Shown: positions 8,848-19,176, counted from the first letter of the stretch. The stretch is DNA of 64,000 nt from Anaeromyxobacteraceae bacterium (GCA_047602405.1 JASGHJ010000002.1:3616001-3680000); one strand, 5' to 3'. A program made the numbers and translations. The notes: a model not told the origin generated them from the letters alone.

Positions 8848-11800
8848 ATGGAAGCATTCCTGGTGCTGCTCGGACTCGCGGTCATCGTGGGCCCGTGGAT
8901 CCTCGCCATCGCCGGCTTCGTCCGCGCGGGGCGGCTCGCGAAGCGGGTGGAGCTGCTCGAGCGGCGAATGGACCCGAGGGCCGCGGCGCGGGGGGCGGTC
9001 GCGACCGCGGAGGTCGGGCAGGCGGAGGTCGCGCAGGCGCCGGTCGAGCGGCCGCTCGAGACCACGATCGCGACCGAGGTCGGCGGCCCCCTCACCCCGG
9101 CCCTCTCCCCCGCTGGCGCCGGGGAGAGGGGGAGCGGTCAGGAAGGTGCGCCAGCCGGAGCGGAGAGGGAGGTGTCGACCCCGGCGGTGGCCCCCTCGGT
9201 CGCGCCGCCCGTGCCCGCGCACGCCGCGCCGCCGGGGACGCTCGAGGAGCGCATCGCGCTCGTGTGGCTCACCCGCGCGGGCGCGCTCGTCGTGCTGCTC
9301 GGCGCGGCCACCTTCTTCAAGTACGCGGTCGACAACGACTGGATCCCGCCGATCCTCCGGGTCGCGCTCGGCGTCCTCGCCGGCGCCGGGGCCATCGCGG
9401 GCGGCGAGCTCCTGCGGCCGCGCGCACGGGTCGTCTGGGTGAACGTGGTCCAGGGCGCCGGCGTGGCCCTCCTCTTCTTCTCCATCTTCGCGGCCGCCGC
9501 GCTGTACGCGCTCCTGCCCTTCGCGCTCGCCTTCGCCGCCATCGCGGTCATCACGGCGGCCGGCTGCGCCCTCGCGCTGCGCGGCAAGAGCGAGGTCGTG
9601 CTCGGCCTCTCGCTCCTCGGCGCCCTCGCGGCGCCGGTGCTGCTCTCGACGGGGCAGGACAACCCCGCCGGCCTCCTCGGCTGGCTGCTCCTCGCCTGCG
9701 GCGCGACGCTCGCCGTCTCCGCGAAGCTCGGGTTCCGGATCGTGCCGTGGTTCGCGCTCGCCGGCACGGCCTTCCTCTTCGGCGGCTGGTACGGGCGGTA
9801 CTTCGAGATCTTCCGCCCCGCCGGCGTCCCTCGATCCGGACCTGCCGGCCGAGGTGCAGCAGGGCGTGTACTGGCCGCTCGGGCGCCGGCTCGTGCCGCT
9901 CGCGCTCGCGCTCGCCCACGTCGGCGCCTGGGCCGGCTTCTGGCTCCGGGCGCGGCGCCCCGGGCCGTCGGCCTGGCCGCGCCTCCTCGGGGACGTCTGG
10001 CTCGGCCTCACGCTCCTCGCCGCGCACGTCGTGCCGTTCATGCTGCTCCACGACCGGCCGGTCGTCGCCGGCGCCTCGATCGCGATCGCGGGCCTCGTCT
10101 CGGCGGTGCTCGCCGGGCGCGCGGAGCGGCCCGCATTCCGCCCCGCCGCCGCGCTGCTCGGCGCGGGCCTCCTCGCCGCCGTCGCCGAGCGGGCCGGCTG
10201 GCCCGGGATCGGCGCCGCCGCGCTGTGGGGCGTCGCCCACCTCGCCGCGTCGGGCCGCACGCTGCTCGCCGTGCGCGACGACCAGGAGCCCGGCGCGGGC
10301 CTCTCGACGGGCGGCGCGACCATCGCCGCGTCGATCGCGGGCCTCGGCTTCGCGGGCCTCGCCGTGCTCGCCACCCGGCCGCAGCAGGAGCTGCTCCGCG
10401 CGGGCCTCGCCGGCGCGGCGGGCGCGGCCGAGCTCGCGCTCGGCGCCCTCACCCTGCCCCGCGGCCGGGCGCGCGCCACGGTGCTCCTCGGCTCGGCGCT
10501 CGGCCTCGTCGCGGCCGCCGCCGCGTTCCTCCTCTCCGGCGCGAGCATCACCGTCGCCTGGGCGGCGCTCGCCGCCGCGGTGGCCGTGGTCGCCGCCCGC
10601 GAGCGCGACCCGTGGTGGCTCGGCGGCGCCGCGGCCATGTTCCTCCTCGCGCTCGGCCGCGCCTTCGACGTCGACCTGCACTCGGTCGAGGCCGCACGCT
10701 CGAGCTTCCTCGCCTCCGACGGCAAGGTGGGCGCGCTCACCTCGCGCTTCCTGCTGAACGCCCGCGGCGCCGGCCTCGCCGGCACCGCCGTCGCGCTCTT
10801 CGTCGCGGCGCGCGCGGTCCTCCGGGCCCACCAGGCCGGCGCGCCGAAGGCCTGGCGCGCGGTGGCGGCCGGGCTCGTGGTCGCCGCGCACGGTGCGCTG
10901 CTGGCGCTCCTCGTCGCGGAGGCCCGCGACCTCATGCTCCACTTCCCGCCCCCGCCGCCCACCGGCGACAGCATCGCCTTCGAGGACTACCGCCAGGCGC
11001 TCTGGGAGGCGATGTCGGGCCAGACCGGCGTCGCCGACACGGCCGCCACCGTGGTCATGGCGCTCTACGCGGCGGTGCTGCTCGTCGTCGGCTTCGTCGC
11101 GCGCGAGGTGCTCCACCGCTGGCTCGGCCTCGGGCTCTTCGCCATCACGCTCGTGAAGGTGCTGCTCTCCGACGTCTGGCGGCTCGGCGCCGGGCTGCGC
11201 ATCCTCGTCTTCATGGCGAGCGGCGTGCTGATGCTCGCGGCCGGGTTCCTCTATGCCCGCTACGGCAGGCGGATCCTCGGGCTCCTCAAGGAGCCGCCGC
11301 CGGGCGCGGGCACCGCCGCGCTGCTCCTCGCCGCCCTCGCGACGGGGGCCGGCTTCGCGGCGGCGCCGGGCCTCGCCCGCGCCGCCGAGCCCGGCCGACC
11401 GCTCGACGTCACCCCCTACGCGACGGAGCGCGCCATCGACGGCATCGCGGCGCCGGGCCTCCACGCGGTCCGCGTCGACGCCCCCCTCTTGCAGGCGACC
11501 CGCGCCCCCGCCGGGCTCGCCGACGTGCGCGTCGCCGGGCCCGACGGCGCCGAGGTGCCCTGGGCGCTCCGCGCCGTGGCGGGCCCCGCGGCCGAGGAGG
11601 AGATCCCGACCGCCCTCGTGGACCCGGTCGCGCTGCCGGACGGCGCCGTCCGCGCCGTGCTCGACAAGGGGAAGCACGGGCTGCGGACCGACGAGCTCCG
11701 GCTCGAGCTCGACGGCGCGGACTTCCTGCGCCGCGCGCGCGTCGAGACGAGCGACGACGGCAGGCGCTGGGGCGTGCTGGTCGACGGCCCCCGCGTGTAC

Positions 11801-12592
11801 GCGGTGCCCGGCGGCGAGGGCCTCGAGGCGGTCCGGCACACCGCCCTCGCCCACCCGCCCAGCGAGACCCGCTGGCTGCGGGTGACGCTCCTCCCCGGCG
11901 CCGGGAAGCCGCGCCTCCTCGGCGCGAGCGCCGTGCGGCGCCCCTCCGCGCCGCCGCCGATCGACACGCTCGCGCTCCCGGTCCCCGCGCGCGCCGACGA
12001 TCCGGCCCGCAAGACCAGCCGCTGGGACGTCGACCTCGGCGCGGGCGGCGTGCCCTTCGAGGCCGTGTCGCTGGCGGTCTCGACGCAGGCGTTCGAGCGT
12101 CGCGTGCGCCTCCTCGGCAGCGACGACGGGAAGACCTGGGTCGGGCTCGGCGGCGGGCTCGTGTTCCGCGTGCCCGGCGACGAGGCGCTGCGGGTGGGCG
12201 CCGTCCGGGCCGCGGGGCGCCGCTGGCTGCGCCTCGAGGTGCGCGACGGCGACGCCGCGCCGCTCGAGCTCACGAAGGTCACGGTGGAGTGGCCCGCTCG
12301 CGAGCTCGTCATCGCCGCGCGGCAGGGGGGCCCGCATCGCCTCCTCACCGGCAGCCCGACCGCCACGCCCCCGGCCTATGACCTCCCCGGCATCCTCGCC
12401 CGCTCGCCCGACGCGCCGGTGACCGCGGCCGCGCTCAGCCCCGCGCGCGCGAACCCGGCCTACGAGCTGGCGGACGCGGAGGTGCCCTTCACCGAGAGGT
12501 ACCGCACGCTGTTCGGGGCGGGGCTCCTCGTCGTGCTCGCGGGCCTCGGGGCGTTCTCGATGCGGCTCATGAAGTCCGGGCAGGGCTCGTAG
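8848..12592 (+). CDS. DUF2339-like polytopic membrane protein fused to a DUF3999-like exported domain; +1 frameshift near 9810
   Basis: LEERIALVWLTRAG..FFKYAVDNDWI and KVLLSDVW (DUF2339-like); ADVRVAGPDGAEVPW and PAYDL (DUF3999-like); two frames join near 9807-9850. Confidence 0.75.
9087..9131 (+). repeat. Palindromic CCCTCACCCCGGCCCTCTCCC...GGGAGAGGG element inside a coding linker
   Basis: CCCTCTCCCC-N-GGGGAGAGGG inverted repeat, translated in frame as PLTPALSPAGAGERG. Confidence 0.55.
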
Positions 12593-13258
12593 GTGCACCT
12601 CTACCTGCACGGCTTCGCCTCGGGCCCCTCGTCGTTCAAGGCCCGCAACCTGAAGGAGCGCTTCGCCCGCGCCGGAGTCGCGCTCGAGACCCCCGACCTC
12701 ACGCCGGGGGCGGACGGCTTCGAGCGCTCGACGCCGCTCACGATGCTCGGCGTCGCGGAGGCGCTGCTCCGCGGCCTGCCCGGCCCGCACGTGCTCATCG
12801 GCAGCTCGCTCGGCGGCTACCTCTCCGCCGTCGCGGCGTCGCGGAACCCCTCGGTCGAGCGCCTCGTGCTGCTCGCGCCCGCGTTCCGGCTGTTCGCGCG
12901 CTGGAGCGCGCGGCTCACGCCGGCCGAGCTCGAGGGCTGGCGCGCGCGCGGGCTCGAGACGCACCACCACGTCACGAACACGCAGCGGCGGATCCCCTGG
13001 GCGTTCCACGAGGACGCGCGGACGCTGCCCGAGTACCCCGAGGTGCGCGTCCCGACGCTCGTGCTCGCGGGCACGAGGGACGAGGTCGTGCCGATCGAGG
13101 ACGTGCGCGCGTGGGTGGCGCGCACGCCCTCCGCACGCCTCGTGGAGCTCGACGACGGCCACGAGCTCGTCGCGAGCATCGACCGGATCTGGGACGAGGC
13201 GCGGGCGTTCCTGGGCGAGCCCGGCCCGGGACGCCAGGGCCCTGCGGCACGCGCCTGA
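12593..13258 (+). CDS. YqiA/YcfP-family alpha/beta hydrolase (esterase)
   Basis: YLHGFASGP, GSSLGG nucleophile elbow, DEVVP, DDGH. Confidence 0.9.
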   Translation: MHLYLHGFASGPSSFKARNLKERFARAGVALETPDLTPGADGFERSTPLTMLGVAEALLRGLPGPHVLIGSSLGGYLSAVAASRNPSVERLVLLAPAFRLFARWSARLTPAELEGWRARGLETHHHVTNTQRRIPWAFHEDARTLPEYPEVRVPTLVLAGTRDEVVPIEDVRAWVARTPSARLVELDDGHELVASIDRIWDEARAFLGEPGPGRQGPAARA

Positions 13259-13267
13259 GCGCCCGGC

Positions 13268-13465
13268 CTACAGCCCCGCGCGCCGCAGGGTCGCGAGCTT
13301 CGCGTCGAGCGCGCGCGACCGGGCCGCGAGCTGCTCGAGCGTCGAGGCCTTCGCGTGGGCGATGCCGCAGGCGCAGCGGTCGGTGGAGCAGATGCCGCCG
13401 TGGGCCGGGTGGTGGCAGGTCTCGCAGAGGTCGGCGGCGTCGGAGCGGTCGTCGATCGGGTTCAC
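13268..13465 (-). CDS. Small Cys/His-rich hypothetical protein (65 aa)
   Basis: GTG start after GAGGA; CETCHHPAHGGICSTDRCAC followed by a helical tail. Confidence 0.55.
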   Translation of the reverse strand: MNPIDDRSDAADLCETCHHPAHGGICSTDRCACGIAHAKASTLEQLAARSRALDAKLATLRRAGL

Positions 13466-13621
13466 GGTGCTTCCTCTCGTCCTTCGGTTGGACGAGCGGT
13501 AGCACGCGACGCGCAGGCCGCGCTTTCGTGTCCTTGCAGCGGGCCGCCCGCTGCCCGGGGTGCCGTCAAGTCGACCCGCGGTCAGCGGTGGGCGCCACGC
13601 CCACCGCACCTCGGGTGCGCG

Positions 13622-14740
13622 CTACCGCGACCCCGACTGGCTCGCCGCCCAGATCGCGAGCGCCGCGAGCGCCGCCCCGATCACCGCGAAGGTGATCTTC
13701 ACCGCGCTCCACGGCCGCTCGCCGTGGACCTCGCCGGTCGTCGCGTTGATGGCGACCCGGTACGAGCGCGCCTGCCAGCGGTAGGCGAGCAGCCAGACCG
13801 GGAGGAGGAGGTGCTTGTAGGTGAGCCCGGCGTACTGCGTCTGCACGTCCTCGATGCGCTGCTCGTCGCCGCCGATCCGCCCGCGCACCTCTTCCTCGAG
13901 CGCGTCCTCGATCCGCTCCCGCGCCGCCTTGAAGCCCTGCGGCAGGTCGAGGTCGTAGGTGTGCGCGAGCTTCCCCGCGAGCGCGGACTCGGTGAAGGGC
14001 ACCGCGCCCTGGAGCGGCCAGGGCTCGAGCTTCACGAGGAGCTCGCCCGGCAGCGAGCGGAACGCGGGCACGAGCACGTCGTCGAAGAAGCGCTGGAACG
14101 CGCCCCACGCCGGCGACCAGCGGACGCGGGTCTCGTTGCGCGTCTGGTTGCCCACCCGCACGGTGACGACGTACCGGTCCCCGCGCTGGCCCCGGTACTG
14201 CGTCGCGGTCATGGCGTCGAAGGTGAAGAACGGGAGGTAGACGCCCTCGAGCTTCCCCTCCACGCCCATCTTCGTGAACGCCGTCGGCGCGAACCAGAGC
14301 CCCTTCACCCACGCGCGCAGCTTCTGGCGGGCGGCCTCGGCGGGCACCGCGAAGGTGAGGAGCCCGTCGACCGGGATGCGCTCCGGCGCGGCGTGCGCCT
14401 TCTCGCGCTGCACGGGCTCGCCGCAGTAGGCGCAGGCGGTGCTCGTGAGCGTGCCCTGGAAGACGACGGTCGCCCCGCATGCCTCGCAGCGCAGCTCCTG
14501 GCGGTCCGGCGGCGCGGGGCTCGCCTCGGCCCGGCGGCGCGCGATGCCCTGCAGCGCCACCTCGAGGTCGTGCTCCTCGATCTCGAGCCCGGGATCGAAC
14601 TCGAGCGGCTTCTCGAAGCCGCAGTGGTCGCAGCGGAGCTTCTGCGCGCCGATGTTGAAGACGAGGTCCGCGCCGCAGCGCTCGCAGGGGAACGTGCGGC
14701 CGCGGGCCTCGACGGGCGGCGGGCTCGACGGGTCGGGCAT
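13622..14740 (-). CDS. Zn-ribbon membrane-anchored protein of the SPFH operon
   Basis: Four CxxC pairs; GVYLPFFTFD, FFDDVLVPA, LLLPVW, NATTGEVHGERP; C-terminal TM. Confidence 0.82.
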   Translation of the reverse strand: MPDPSSPPPVEARGRTFPCERCGADLVFNIGAQKLRCDHCGFEKPLEFDPGLEIEEHDLEVALQGIARRRAEASPAPPDRQELRCEACGATVVFQGTLTSTACAYCGEPVQREKAHAAPERIPVDGLLTFAVPAEAARQKLRAWVKGLWFAPTAFTKMGVEGKLEGVYLPFFTFDAMTATQYRGQRGDRYVVTVRVGNQTRNETRVRWSPAWGAFQRFFDDVLVPAFRSLPGELLVKLEPWPLQGAVPFTESALAGKLAHTYDLDLPQGFKAARERIEDALEEEVRGRIGGDEQRIEDVQTQYAGLTYKHLLLPVWLLAYRWQARSYRVAINATTGEVHGERPWSAVKITFAVIGAALAALAIWAASQSGSR

Positions 14741-14752
14741 GGCGCGCTCGCG

Positions 14753-15841
14753 CTACTTGCCGGGCGGGGGCGGCGGAGGCGGCGGCGCCGCGAAGTACGG
14801 CGAGAGCGCCGGCACCTGGGACGCGGGGGTCCAGGCGGTGAGGCCGCCGCCGTACACGAGGGTCGCGCCCTGCACCTGCCCGGCCTGGATCGCCTGCGCG
14901 ACCTGCGCGAGCGGGAACGGCCCGGTGGTCTGCCCGTTCACCGCCACGTAGAACGGCGGCGCGGGCGGGGGCGGCGGCGGTGCGGCCGCGACGGCCTGGC
15001 CCATCTGCTGGGCCATCGCCATGCCGATGCCGATCCCGGCGCCGGCCGAGCCGAGGCCGCCCGGGTTCTGGGCGCCGGCGAGCATCGCCTGACCGAGCTG
15101 GTACTGCTGGAACCTCTGGAGATCGCCCATGACGCCGATCGAGGAGCGCGTGTCGAGCGCCTTCTCGACCTCGGGCGGCAGGGAGACGTTCACGATGAGG
15201 AGCTGCGGCAGCTCGAGGCCGTACTCGTCGTCGATCTGCGTGGCGACGCGCTTGCGCAGTCCGTCGGAGAGGCTGGTGTAGTTGGCCGCGAGATCGAGCG
15301 CGGCGATCTTCGACTCGCCCACGAGCTGCGCGAACGAGGTCGCGATCATGCCGCGGAGGAGCTCTCCCACCTCGTCCGCCTCGAACACGCCGTCGGTCCC
15401 GACGAGGCCGGTGATGAGCGCCTTCGGATCGGAGGCCTTGAGCGCGTAGGTGCCGAACGCGCGGAGCCGGATTGGCCCGAAGTCGGCGTCGCGCAGCATG
15501 ATCGGCTGCGGGGTGCCCCACTTCAGCCCGGTGATCTGCCGGGTCGAGACGAAGTAGACCTCGCACTTGAACGGGCTGTTGAAGCCGTACTTCCACCCGT
15601 TGAGCGTCGACAGCACCGGCAGGTTCGCGGTGGTGAGCTCGTACATGCCGGGCTGGAAGACGTCGGCGATCTTGCCGCGGTCCACGAAGACCGCCATCTG
15701 CCCCGGGCGCACGATGAGCTGCGCGCCGTTCTTGATCTCGTTCTGGTAGCGCGGGAAGCGCCACACCAGCGTCTGGTTGGTGTCGTCGACCCACTCGACG
15801 ATGTCGACGAGTTCGCCGCGAAGCTTGTCCAGAAGACCCAT
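14753..15841 (-). CDS. SPFH/band-7 domain protein with C-terminal GYF_2-like domain
   Basis: IVEWVDD..LVWRFP, QLIVRPGQMAVF, SPFKCEVYF, KWGTPQP, LRAFGTY; YVAVNGQTTGPF. Confidence 0.9.
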   Translation of the reverse strand: MGLLDKLRGELVDIVEWVDDTNQTLVWRFPRYQNEIKNGAQLIVRPGQMAVFVDRGKIADVFQPGMYELTTANLPVLSTLNGWKYGFNSPFKCEVYFVSTRQITGLKWGTPQPIMLRDADFGPIRLRAFGTYALKASDPKALITGLVGTDGVFEADEVGELLRGMIATSFAQLVGESKIAALDLAANYTSLSDGLRKRVATQIDDEYGLELPQLLIVNVSLPPEVEKALDTRSSIGVMGDLQRFQQYQLGQAMLAGAQNPGGLGSAGAGIGIGMAMAQQMGQAVAAAPPPPPPAPPFYVAVNGQTTGPFPLAQVAQAIQAGQVQGATLVYGGGLTAWTPASQVPALSPYFAAPPPPPPPPGK

Positions 15842-15959
15842 GTCCGTTCGCTCCTCCCCGGGAGTGGAGCGATCGTGCCACGGACGCGCCCGGCGTGAAA
15901 GGGTCCCGCGTCACACCCGCGCTCCTCGGCCGCGGCGGGCGGGCGGGACCCCGAGGCCG

Positions 15960-17315
15960 TCACCGCGCCTTCGCGAACCGGGCGAAGACCATGTCCGGCC
16001 CGGCGACGCACGGCGGCTTCGTCGGGTCCGGGTTCTGGGTCCCGCCGGAGAGGTCGGTGGCCACGTAGGCGACCCGCGGCGCGCCGTCGGCGCCCATCGC
16101 CAGCGTGGGCCGGTCGAGCACCCATGCCGCGACCGTGCAGTTGGGATACGGGATGATCTCGTCCGGCTTCATGTCGCCCGAGCGCTCGACGGCCCTGGGC
16201 GTCCAGCGGTTCCCGTCGGTGCACCCGCCGTCGTCACAGGCCGCGACCATCACGTCGGCGTTGCCGGTGTAGGCGAGCCGCGGCCGCCCGGCCGCGTCGA
16301 GGGCGAGGTCGAGGCCGGCGTCGAGGGCGTCGGACTGGACGAGGACGCCGCCCGAGAACCGCGAGCCGGAGGTGCAGCCGTCGTCGCAGGAGAACCAGGA
16401 GAGGTTGCGCTTCCCGGCCGCGTCCTTCGAGAGCAGCGCGACGCGCGGGTGGCCGTCGGCCGTGAGGGCGAGCGAGACCGCGGGGTCGATGCCCTCGATC
16501 CAGCGGCTCGAGAACGCGCGGAGGAGGCCGGTGCCCTGCCAGCTCGCGGGCGAGCCGCAGTCACCGTCGGAGCACTCGAGGTAGGCGCCGTAGTCGTCGA
16601 GCCCCATGTCGAGGTCGACCTGCGACACGACCGTCGCGAGGTGCGCCACCCCCGCGGCGTCGATCCGCAGCGCGTTCGCCTGCCAGAGCTGGTCGGCGAT
16701 CTTCGCCGCGCCCCAGGAGGCGGGCTCGAGGCAGCCGGCGTCACAGCCCATCGCGAAGGTCTCGGGCGCCCCCTGGCCGATGCCGGCGTAGGTCCGGTAG
16801 GTGTGGAAGAGGAAGCGCGGCGCGCCGTCCGGGGTGAGCGCGAGCGCCTCGCCGCTCACCTCGTACTTGCCGCCGTGCTCGAGCACGGTGGCGGCGTCCC
16901 AGGCGGCGGGCTGCGTGCAGTCGCCGTCGCACGCGAGGTAGTGGACCCGCTGCATCGTCGAGAGGAGCACGCGGGGCTTCCCGGCCTTCGTGAGCGCGAG
17001 GGCCATGTGCGACACCGAGGCCTCGGCCTGGAAGACCACGACCTTCACGTCCGCCGGCGACGCGCACCCCGCGGCGCAGGAGCCGTAGTACGCGAGGCCG
17101 CCGCCGTACGCGCGGTAGATCATGTGCAGGTTGCCCTGCCCGTCCACCTCGACGTGCGGGTCGGTCGTGTTCTCGGGCTCGCCGGTGGGCAGGAAGAACG
17201 CGGAGGAGGCTCCCACGCCGGGCTTGCCGCCGTTGCCGCTGGCGTCGCCGCCGCCGCCGCACGCGCCGAGCGCGGCCGCGACGAGGAGGACGAGGGCGTT
17301 CCTGGAGGAGCGCAT
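15960..17315 (-). CDS. Lipoprotein with repeated C-x3/4-C-x5-W blades (probable beta-propeller)
   Basis: Lipobox LGAC; six repeats such as CDGDCTQPAAW, CDAGCLEPASW, CSDGDCGSPASW. Confidence 0.75.
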   Translation of the reverse strand: MRSSRNALVLLVAAALGACGGGGDASGNGGKPGVGASSAFFLPTGEPENTTDPHVEVDGQGNLHMIYRAYGGGLAYYGSCAAGCASPADVKVVVFQAEASVSHMALALTKAGKPRVLLSTMQRVHYLACDGDCTQPAAWDAATVLEHGGKYEVSGEALALTPDGAPRFLFHTYRTYAGIGQGAPETFAMGCDAGCLEPASWGAAKIADQLWQANALRIDAAGVAHLATVVSQVDLDMGLDDYGAYLECSDGDCGSPASWQGTGLLRAFSSRWIEGIDPAVSLALTADGHPRVALLSKDAAGKRNLSWFSCDDGCTSGSRFSGGVLVQSDALDAGLDLALDAAGRPRLAYTGNADVMVAACDDGGCTDGNRWTPRAVERSGDMKPDEIIPYPNCTVAAWVLDRPTLAMGADGAPRVAYVATDLSGGTQNPDPTKPPCVAGPDMVFARFAKAR

Positions 17316-17325
17316 GGCGGGCTCC

Positions 17326-17895
17326 TCACCGCGCCGCGACCGCGGGGGGCGCGGACGCGGCGGACAGGTCGAGGTGGGCGGTCCAGCGCGCGGGCTCGGT
17401 GCAGTCGCCCGCGCAGGACGCGACGAACGCGCGCCCGGCCGGGACGTCCTCCTCCGCGCGCGGCACGATCCGGAAGGACGCGGCGCCGTCGGCGGCGACC
17501 GCGAGGCCCGCGCCGTCGAGGCCGAAGCGGCCCGAGTGCTCGACCGCGATCAGGCGGACCCAGCCGTCCGGCCGCGTGCAGTCGCCGGTGCAGGCCGCGT
17601 AGTGGACCCGGTTGCGGGTCTCGATGAGGAGCTGCGGCCTCCCGTCCGCGCCGAGCGCGACCGAGAAGCCGCGCGCGGGCGCCTCGAGCTCGAAGGCGAC
17701 CTTCAGCTCGCCGGTGCGCGCGCAGCCGCCGGCGCAGTAGGCGTACTCGGCCGTGAGGCCGACGCCGGTGGCGCGGATCATGTGCACGCCGCCCTTCGCG
17801 TCGATGGCCGCGGCGGCGGGGACGCCGGCGGAGGCGGTGGTGGAGGCAGAGAGCAGGAGGGCGGTGACGAGGGCGCGCTTCGAGATGAGGATCAT
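17326..17895 (-). CDS. Secreted short paralog of the downstream Cys-repeat lipoprotein
   Basis: Signal peptide; IDAKGGVHMI, CAGGC, RVHYAACTGDCTRPDGW, CAGDCTEPARW align with 15960..17315. Confidence 0.7.
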   Translation of the reverse strand: MILISKRALVTALLLSASTTASAGVPAAAAIDAKGGVHMIRATGVGLTAEYAYCAGGCARTGELKVAFELEAPARGFSVALGADGRPQLLIETRNRVHYAACTGDCTRPDGWVRLIAVEHSGRFGLDGAGLAVAADGAASFRIVPRAEEDVPAGRAFVASCAGDCTEPARWTAHLDLSAASAPPAVAAR

Positions 17896-17986
17896 CGGTT
17901 CTTCTCCGTGCGGCCGGCCAGGGGGAGATCGCCGGTGCCGCGGTTTCACGCTGCGGAAGATGCCCGCGGACGTACGGAGGACCAAC

Positions 17987-18045
17987 CTCAGGATTTCCTA
18001 AGGCGCCTTGAGAATTCGCTAAGGGATCCTATGGGGATCCTAAGG
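17987..18045. promoter_or_regulatory. Helically phased direct-repeat operator (CTAAGG-like x6)
   Basis: CTCAGG 17987, CTAAGG 17998, degenerate ~18008, CTAAGG 18019, CTATGG 18029, CTAAGG 18040; 10-11 bp spacing in an AT-richer intergenic region. Confidence 0.6.
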
Positions 18046-18108
18046 TGAGGCGGACGGGGGAGACGGGATGGGGAGGGGAGACGGATTGGGAGACGGGGAC
18101 GTCTCCGA

Positions 18109-19176
18109 CTACCCCCTGACCCTCTCGCTCCCCGCCGCGATCGCGTTCTCGACGTGCTCGCCGGGCTTCACCTCGGTGCCCGGCCACACGATCGCCCTCC
18201 GCACGCACGCGCCCGCGCCGATCCGGGCTCCGGCCCCGATCACCGTGGCGGGCCCGATCTCCGCCCCGCAGTCGATCTCGGCGCCCTCCCCCACGATGAC
18301 CGGCCCGTGCAGCCGCGCGGCCGGATCGATCTGGGTCCCCCGGGCCGCGCAGATCCGCTGCGACGGCTCGGCCCCCGGCGCGAGCTCGCAGCCGGGCCAG
18401 GGGTCCGCGCCGCGGAAACGCGCGAGCGGGACCTTCGCGGACAGGACGTCCGCGGTCGCCTCGAGGTACCGCGCCGGCGTGCCGAGGTCGTTCCAGTAGC
18501 CGGAGACCACGAGCCCCCGGACGGCCCCGGCCTCGAACAGCGGCGGGTACACGTGCCGGTTCACGTCGCACTCGAACGGCTCCGCGGGGATCCGCTCGAG
18601 GAGGCCCGGCGACACCACGTGCACGCCCGAGAAGTGCCAGGGCGCGAGCTTCACCTCGGGGCCCGCGCCCCGGCCCGCGATCCGGCGCACGGCGCCCTCC
18701 CCGTCCACGTCCACCGTCGCGAACCTCGCGCCCGGCGGCATCGGGAGGAGCAGCATCGTCGCGAGCGCGCCCGCCTTCGCGGCCTCGCGGTGGGCCGCGA
18801 GCGCGGCGGCCAGGTTCACGTCGAAGAGCACGTCCCCGTTCACCACCACGACCTCGCTCGCGCCCCCGAGCAGGCTCCGCGCCTCGCGCAGCGCGCCGCC
18901 GGTGCCGGCGATGACGGGCTCGCGCGAGACCGCGACCTCCACGCCCACGGCGCGGCCGGCGGCGACGGCGGCCTCGGCCATCCGGTCCGGGAGGTGGTGC
19001 ACGTTCACGGCGGCGCGGCGCACGCCGGCCCCGGCGAGCAGCGCGAGCGACCAGCGGACGAGCGGCAGGCCGGCGACCGGGATCGCCGGCTTCGGCAGGA
19101 CGTCGGTGAGGGGACGCAGGCGCGTGCCGAGGCCCGCGCAGAGGATCATGCCGACCGGCTCGCCGCCTCGATCCAT
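18109..19176 (-). CDS. NDP-sugar pyrophosphorylase / nucleotidyltransferase with left-handed beta-helix tail
   Basis: ILCAGLGTRLRPLT..PKP, GTGGAL, VVNGD, YWNDLGTP, hexapeptide repeats. Confidence 0.9.
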   Translation of the reverse strand: MDRGGEPVGMILCAGLGTRLRPLTDVLPKPAIPVAGLPLVRWSLALLAGAGVRRAAVNVHHLPDRMAEAAVAAGRAVGVEVAVSREPVIAGTGGALREARSLLGGASEVVVVNGDVLFDVNLAAALAAHREAAKAGALATMLLLPMPPGARFATVDVDGEGAVRRIAGRGAGPEVKLAPWHFSGVHVVSPGLLERIPAEPFECDVNRHVYPPLFEAGAVRGLVVSGYWNDLGTPARYLEATADVLSAKVPLARFRGADPWPGCELAPGAEPSQRICAARGTQIDPAARLHGPVIVGEGAEIDCGAEIGPATVIGAGARIGAGACVRRAIVWPGTEVKPGEHVENAIAAGSERVRG

